Source: Candidatus Binataceae bacterium
GTDB lineage: Bacteria; Desulfobacterota; Binatia; Binatales; Binataceae
Direction: 5' to 3'
Assembly (NCBI GenBank): GCA_036495685.1
Contig: DASXMJ010000090.1
Location: forward strand, 7,908 to 71,907
DNA: 64,000 nt
Shown here: piece by piece, positions 58,802 through 64,000 of the stretch
Position numbering within the stretch: position 1 is the stretch's first letter
Layout of the letters: every line of letters starts with the position of its first letter
Made by a program: the position numbers and the translations under genes
The notes under the pieces: model-generated
Seen by the model: only the letters and a program-made list of their open reading frames with translations
Told to the model about the DNA's origin: nothing
The model's database searches: none

Positions 58802-59908
58802 TTACGTCATCCTCTGCAGCGCGCCGCGAGCCCGAAGTCCCGCGAACGCGATTCCGCTCAACCCAACTACCGCGGTGAATGCCAGGGGCTGAGCGATTGT
58901 GAGCAGGCTTCCACCCACGCCGGCGGCCGACAAGTCGATAAAGCCGAACTGGGCCTGCCCGTTTGGTGTGAGTCGAGTCAGCGTTTCGAACACATCAGGT
59001 AGTCCTTGCGGGGGCAGGAATTGGCCACCGACGATCGAGAGCAGGGTGATAACTATTGCCGCCAGTGCAGTGCCCTGTTCGGCATTGTTGGCGAGGCTCA
59101 TTAAGAACCCGGTCAGCCCAATCGCCATCAGCACACTGGTAAACATCAGCGCCGTCACAGGCAGCGGATTTCCCCAGCGCGTGCCGAACAAGACCGAGGT
59201 TGCGAGGACCATAGTCCCCATCTGCAGTAGTCCTATAAGCATCAAGGCAGCGAATTTTCCTACGAAGATCGCGTAGGGCTGCGACGGTGACGCGATCAGC
59301 CGCAAGATCGTGCGCGAATCGACCTCCGCCTGCATCGCACGAACCCCCGACAACACTCCGAAGATGAGGAAGAGCACCGTCATCGACACGGCGAAGAAAT
59401 CGACGACCCGCAACTGCCCGCCCGCAGAGACCGGAATCACCTCGCGGATCGTATGGTCGCCGGAAAGTACCGCACGGTTCATGAATCCGCGCAGCAGCCC
59501 GCGCGTCGCCAGCATCGCGAATTGCTCGCCACGTGCGGCCAGAATTTCCGCGGGCGGAGGATCGCCGCGCTCGATCGCCTGCGCAAATCCAGCGCCCAGT
59601 ACTACTGCACACTCCGCCTGATGCTGCTGAATCATCGTCTCTGCTGCCAGGACCGAATCGGCGGCTTCCACGTGAACCTTTCCCTGCAGCGTCGGCCTCT
59701 CAAGGAAGGCGACAAACCGCGATGAGAGCTCTGAATGCTCGAGATCCGCGATAGCAAGCCGCATCCCGGATCCGCCGTGTGAACCGCCGAGCGCCGAACC
59801 CATCAGCAAGGTCAGCGCGAGCGGTGCGCCGATAGCCGTCAGAATCGCGGTACGATCGCGCAGCCGCTGGCGAAGGTCCTTGATACAAACGATGAGCGCG
59901 TGACCCAT
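58802..59908 (-). CDS. ABC-2 type exporter permease
   Basis: KDLRQRLRD, RLIASP, VGGQFLP, LTPNG. Confidence 0.88.
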   Translation of the reverse strand: MGHALIVCIKDLRQRLRDRTAILTAIGAPLALTLLMGSALGGSHGGSGMRLAIADLEHSELSSRFVAFLERPTLQGKVHVEAADSVLAAETMIQQHQAECAVVLGAGFAQAIERGDPPPAEILAARGEQFAMLATRGLLRGFMNRAVLSGDHTIREVIPVSAGGQLRVVDFFAVSMTVLFLIFGVLSGVRAMQAEVDSRTILRLIASPSQPYAIFVGKFAALMLIGLLQMGTMVLATSVLFGTRWGNPLPVTALMFTSVLMAIGLTGFLMSLANNAEQGTALAAIVITLLSIVGGQFLPPQGLPDVFETLTRLTPNGQAQFGFIDLSAAGVGGSLLTIAQPLAFTAVVGLSGIAFAGLRARGALQRMT

Positions 59909-59914
59909 AGGAGA

Positions 59915-60871
59915 TCAGTCCCGCAGCGCGCGTCCCGTCATCCTCAGGAACACGTCCTCAAGATTCGGTTCCACCACCCGCACGCTCTCCGCCATCGCCC
60001 CGGCATTGAGCAGCGCCGTCAGCATCGCGGGCAACCGATTGGCGCCACGGTCGGCAACTACGTGAAGATGGTTGTTCTCCACGGTCGCCGACATCACCCC
60101 GTCGAGGGCGCCGACGATGCGTTCGGCGCGTTCCGGGGAGTCGCCCCGGCCCAATCCAATCTCGATGCGAGAATCCTGTCCCAGGCCCGCGACCAGCTCG
60201 GCGCGGGTGCCTTCGGCAATGAGCTTGCCCGAGTCGATAATCCCGATCCGCGCGCACAGGCGCTCCGCTTCCTCCATATAGTGCGTGGTGTAGAGGATCG
60301 CAGTGCCCTCGTCGCGCAGCCGCTCCACCAGATCGAAGATGGCGCTGCGGCTCTGCGGGTCCACGCCCACCGTCGGCTCATCAAGAATGAGGAGTTTGGG
60401 CTGATGCAGAATGCCGGCCGCGAGATTCAAGCGCCGCTGCATGCCGCCCGAGTAGGTGCCGACGATATCGTCGGCACGCTTGGTCAGACCCACCGCGTCA
60501 AGAGCGGCGTCAATCGCTTGCTGCAGTGCGGCGCCGCTGAGATCGTACATCCGTCCCCAGAAATCGAGATTTTCGCGCGCGGTGAGATCGAGATAGAGAG
60601 TGATCGCCTGCGGCACGATTCCGATCAGGGCACGTGCCGCCGGTCCCGCGTCGATATCGGTGCCATCGATCGCGACTTCGCCGGCGTCGCGCGCGAGGAT
60701 TCCCGCGATCATTGAGATCGAGGTGGTTTTGCCGGCGCCGTTGGGTCCCAGCAGTCCGTAGATTTCGCCAGGTGCGATGGTGAACCCGATACCATCGACA
60801 GCAAGCCGCGAACCGAAGCTCTTGCTGAGCCCTTTGACAACCAGTGGAGGCTTGGATTGTTCCCGGTTCAT
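59915..60871 (-). CDS. ABC-2 type exporter ATP-binding protein (LnrL/DrrA-like)
   Basis: GPNGAGKT, YSGGMQRRLN, LDEPTVGVDP, TTHYMEEAE, NLEDVF. Confidence 0.93.
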   Translation of the reverse strand: MNREQSKPPLVVKGLSKSFGSRLAVDGIGFTIAPGEIYGLLGPNGAGKTTSISMIAGILARDAGEVAIDGTDIDAGPAARALIGIVPQAITLYLDLTARENLDFWGRMYDLSGAALQQAIDAALDAVGLTKRADDIVGTYSGGMQRRLNLAAGILHQPKLLILDEPTVGVDPQSRSAIFDLVERLRDEGTAILYTTHYMEEAERLCARIGIIDSGKLIAEGTRAELVAGLGQDSRIEIGLGRGDSPERAERIVGALDGVMSATVENNHLHVVADRGANRLPAMLTALLNAGAMAESVRVVEPNLEDVFLRMTGRALRD

Positions 60872-60930
60872 CGCCTTTGCCGCCAGTCTCAGGTTTGTCC
60901 GCCAACCCGACCAAGCTCAGCCGTGCCGCA

Positions 60931-62430
60931 TCACGAGGCCGCGCTGATATCCAGCTGTTCGCGAGTCAGCACCTTCAGTTCATCTCCCGAATCAGGTTCA
61001 TCGGCGTTCTTAAGCCGCGCGAGGTTTTTCTCGTGCGTAGAACGGTCGATGTTGTAAAAGAGCAGTACTGTGATCGCGATCGCGCTGAAGATCGTGACAA
61101 TCGGAACGAAGACCATTCCCAGGTGATAGAGGATCGCGGGATCGACATGACCTTGCTGCGCGTGCTGCGGGAAGCTGATCCACGTAAGGATTAGACCGGA
61201 AAGGAAGGTACCGACTCCCGTGACGCATTTCGCGATAAGGCCATTGGCCGCGAACAGCAACCCCTCCGATCGCTGCCCAGTCGATACCGCCGCATCTTCG
61301 ACCACATCTGCCATCATCGAGCTCGCGATAATGAACCCGCTCAGGCCGAGCGTCGCCGCGACAAAGGTGAAGCCAAGGACGGTCATAAATACTGCGCGCG
61401 TACCGTTTGGTGGCAAGACGCCGATGAGGCGCAGCAAAATCGGGGTGCTCGACGCGAACAGCGACGTGAAGAAGACGGCGATCATCGCCGGCTTCTTGCC
61501 GAATCGTTTCGAGATCGCGGGCGCAAGTCCGACACCCGCGAAGGCAGCGACCAAAGTGGCTAGTGCAAGATACGACATCTGCGCGGGAGTGAGCTCGAAG
61601 AAGTACGCGGAGATGTAGAAGTCGAGGCCCTGCCTGAGGCCCGTCGAAATAGCTCCTACGATCCCGGAAACCGTCAGCGCCAAGAACGAGCGGTTGGTCA
61701 CCGTGCCGCTGATTTCGCGGAGCTTGTCGCGCCATCTGGTGCGAACCCTGGGCTCATGCACTACCGGGATGAAGCGGTGAGTACCGACGCACGAGATGAT
61801 GATCGAAAAGAAGATCGCGATACTCGCCGCGATCGCTGTCTCGCGGTAGCCTGCCGGATTCAGCAGGCCGAGAGGGTGCGTCGCGTCCTTGCGCAGAAAG
61901 ACCTGCAGCGCCACGAACGAAATCGCCGCGCCGCCGAGTGTGCCGAAAAAGAAGCGCGAGCTCATCAGGCTCGTGCGCTCGTCATAGTCGAACGTCAATT
62001 CAGGCCCCAGCGCGGAGCTCGGTATTTCGTAGAGGCTTAGCAGCACGCGCACCGTGACCAGCATCACGCCCATGTAAACGAGCAGGCTGGTCTTCGACCA
62101 TCCGAGCGGTGGCGCAAACAGGAAGTAAAACGCGATCGCGGCGGGCAGCGCCGACGCGTACATGAACGGATGCCGCCGGCCCCATCGCGAGCGTGTGTGA
62201 TCCGACCATTCGCCGATCAACGGATCGCAAACGGCGTCGAAGATCAGGGTGATCATGATCATCGCGCCGACCCAGGCCGCAGGCAGCCCGACCACCTGGT
62301 TGAAGAACAACAGGAGCGCGGAGGTGAGGGTCGCCTGATGGACTCCGAAGGCGACCGAGCCGACGCCGAAAAGAACGTTGGTCGAAAACGCGAGCCGCGG
62401 AGGCTTTGACGATGATTTTTCCGCGCTCAC
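60931..62430 (-). CDS. GPH-family (MelB-like) MFS cation symporter
   Basis: DAVCDPLIGEWSD.TRSRWGRRHPF, ELTFDYDERT, MMADVVE; GTGA overlap with the SDR stop. Confidence 0.88.
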   Translation of the reverse strand: MSAEKSSSKPPRLAFSTNVLFGVGSVAFGVHQATLTSALLLFFNQVVGLPAAWVGAMIMITLIFDAVCDPLIGEWSDHTRSRWGRRHPFMYASALPAAIAFYFLFAPPLGWSKTSLLVYMGVMLVTVRVLLSLYEIPSSALGPELTFDYDERTSLMSSRFFFGTLGGAAISFVALQVFLRKDATHPLGLLNPAGYRETAIAASIAIFFSIIISCVGTHRFIPVVHEPRVRTRWRDKLREISGTVTNRSFLALTVSGIVGAISTGLRQGLDFYISAYFFELTPAQMSYLALATLVAAFAGVGLAPAISKRFGKKPAMIAVFFTSLFASSTPILLRLIGVLPPNGTRAVFMTVLGFTFVAATLGLSGFIIASSMMADVVEDAAVSTGQRSEGLLFAANGLIAKCVTGVGTFLSGLILTWISFPQHAQQGHVDPAILYHLGMVFVPIVTIFSAIAITVLLFYNIDRSTHEKNLARLKNADEPDSGDELKVLTREQLDISAAS

Positions 62431-63239
62431 CAGGAACGCTCTCCACGCTGCGTGCACTCGACGCCGCCGTCAACAAAAAGGATCTGTCCTGTCATCAGCG
62501 AGTTCTCTTCGCTCAAGCACCAAGCGATGATTGCGGCCATCTGCTCCGGCCGTCCCGGATACGCGCCGCTGAGCGGCACCATCTGCCCCATCGCCGCCTT
62601 GCTCTCAGGATTCGAGAGGATGTACGCGGCGCCGGGCGTATCGATAAATCCCGGCGCGATCACGTTCAGCGTGATACCCGCGCCTGCCCACTCAGGAGAA
62701 CCGGCCGCGCGCCGGCACCAGCAGTTCAACGAGTACTTGGCGTTAGCGTACAGCGCCAACCCCACCTGCATCCCTTGCGTCGGTGTCATTTCGTTGATCG
62801 GCGCGATTTTCGCCGCAAATTTCCACGCGCCGTCGCTCGCCGCCTTCTCATCCATCCTCAGCATGGCATCAACGAGTCCCTGGTCGATTGGACTGAACGA
62901 CGCTATCGAAGAGACGGCGGTAGCCCGAGGCGCCGAGCTCGACTTGAGCAGCGGGCTCAGGCCTTCGAGCGTCGCGACCGTGCCGAAGAAGTTCAATTGC
63001 AGGCTGGTCTGCGGAGGACCGCCGCCGGCTACCGCGGCGATCGCGTCGATCTTGCCGCCCGAGAGACGCGTCACGCTGTCGACCAGGGCCTTGCGTCCTT
63101 CGCTGGTCGTAAGATCGGCAATGACATCGGCATTGCGGAGATCGCATCCGATAACCCGGCCGCCACGCTCTCGAAGCCATCGCGCAGTCGCCGCTCCGAT
63201 TCCGGAAGCGGCGCCGGTGACGACATAAGTTCGATCCAT
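62427..63239 (-). CDS. SDR oxidoreductase, 3-alpha-HSD/carbonyl reductase-like
   Basis: VVTGAASGIG, DVIADL, YANAK, NVIAPG, TGQILFVDGG. Confidence 0.85.
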   Translation of the reverse strand: MDRTYVVTGAASGIGAATARWLRERGGRVIGCDLRNADVIADLTTSEGRKALVDSVTRLSGGKIDAIAAVAGGGPPQTSLQLNFFGTVATLEGLSPLLKSSSAPRATAVSSIASFSPIDQGLVDAMLRMDEKAASDGAWKFAAKIAPINEMTPTQGMQVGLALYANAKYSLNCWCRRAAGSPEWAGAGITLNVIAPGFIDTPGAAYILSNPESKAAMGQMVPLSGAYPGRPEQMAAIIAWCLSEENSLMTGQILFVDGGVECTQRGERSW

Positions 63240-63388
63240 CGTTAACACTCCCGGCATCGGCGATTCGGGTAGGAGCAACCGCGATGCCATCGGCGAAGTC
63301 GGTCAAATTCCACAATTCCTCGTTCGCGCGAACGCAGTCCGGGCGCTGCGTGCAGCGTCACGCGTGCATACGATTTCGATCTCGACGA

Positions 63389-64000
63389 TCATTTAAATGC
63401 CGGCTTGACGATTCCGAGCTCGATCATCGTGCGGCCAGTCTCGAAGAGCGTGTCATCGACCGGCCGCGTCGTAAGGCCCAGCTCCTCGCGCGCGCGATCG
63501 CAATAGGCGCGTGGCGAGTCATACGGGCGGCCATGCTTCGCGACAATCTCCGCGTATTGCTTCGGCGGACCGCCGACCGCGATATGCGGGAAGAGGCGCG
63601 ACAGATGCTCCTGCAGCTCGGCGGCGTTGAGCTCGCCCGATCGATCCGCTGCCGTCAGTTGATAGCGCCCGCCGTTCTTGCACCTGGCGCTTTCGATTGT
63701 CAGCGCGTGCGCCTCGCCCACGTCGCGCACGTCCACGATATTCCACAGATGCTGCCAACCGCGCCCGCACGGCTTTCCCATCAGCATCCGTCCGAGGAAG
63801 TATTGCCACGAGCCCGGCAGCTCATGCGCGCGCGAGAGCAGCGGCCCCAGCCCGGCGCACGGACACACAGTGATTACGTCGAAGCGTCCGTCCTCCTCCG
63901 CGACGCGCCACGCCATCCGCTCGGTCGCAATCTTGCCCATCGCGTACGCGACGTCGCCGTTGGTGTCGATACTCTCAGGGGTCCAGCTCGCATCCTTGCC
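63389..64000 (-). CDS. Extended SDR, dihydroflavonol/aldehyde reductase-like (5' part outside window)
   Basis: Frame open to the window edge; YAMGK YxxxK, VITVCP..GPLL, VDVRDVGEAH. Confidence 0.8.
   Translation of the reverse strand, partial: GKDASWTPESIDTNGDVAYAMGKIATERMAWRVAEEDGRFDVITVCPCAGLGPLLSRAHELPGSWQYFLGRMLMGKPCGRGWQHLWNIVDVRDVGEAHALTIESARCKNGGRYQLTAADRSGELNAAELQEHLSRLFPHIAVGGPPKQYAEIVAKHGRPYDSPRAYCDRAREELGLTTRPVDDTLFETGRTMIELGIVKPAFK

Noticed and set aside
1-64000. CRISPR array, integrase/transposase, prophage, rRNA, SRP/RNase P/tmRNA
   Set aside because: No regularly spaced repeats or diagnostic motifs found

Overview
64 kb of GC-rich bacterial chromosome. The gene content (many CaiB, LLM, MaoC, VOC and SDR enzymes, plus a deltaproteobacterial-style gap-pgk-tpiA-secG-tRNA-Leu and tolQRAB-pal-cpoB-ribF) resembles Candidatus Binatia/Binatota; that assignment is inference only. 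Layout: 1-4.6 kb, molybdate uptake (mop, modABC) abutting a thioredoxin-NHL protein. 4.7-38 kb, accessory catabolic and redox genes (GSTs, Dke1-like cupin, BphC/HsaC-type extradiol dioxygenase, PRISE-type SDR, TetR-FAH-PhyH-HsaA-like-GST operon, AMACR, CoA-transferase, MFS, SppA, NPP-family phosphodiesterase, ALDH1L1-like formyl-THF hydrolase) with a small-protein patch. 38-50 kb, radical SAM, tRNA-Leu(GAG), glycolysis and Tol-Pal. 51.6-64 kb, a co-oriented minus-strand cluster of two SDRs, a GPH-family MFS, an ABC-2 exporter, a BclA/Rv1819c-type ABC transporter and two paralogous Tat-exported, probably bicovalent-FAD (BBE-like) oxidases. Signals missing from the ORF track: two near-identical sigma-54 promoters, three palindromic operators, several unannotated small ORFs, a rod-like structured intergenic element, and five frameshifted genes all in the first 18 kb. 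No CRISPR array, integrase, transposase or rRNA was seen. Start codons were adjusted by hand where the ORF track over-extends. Family calls come from motif recognition, not database searches.
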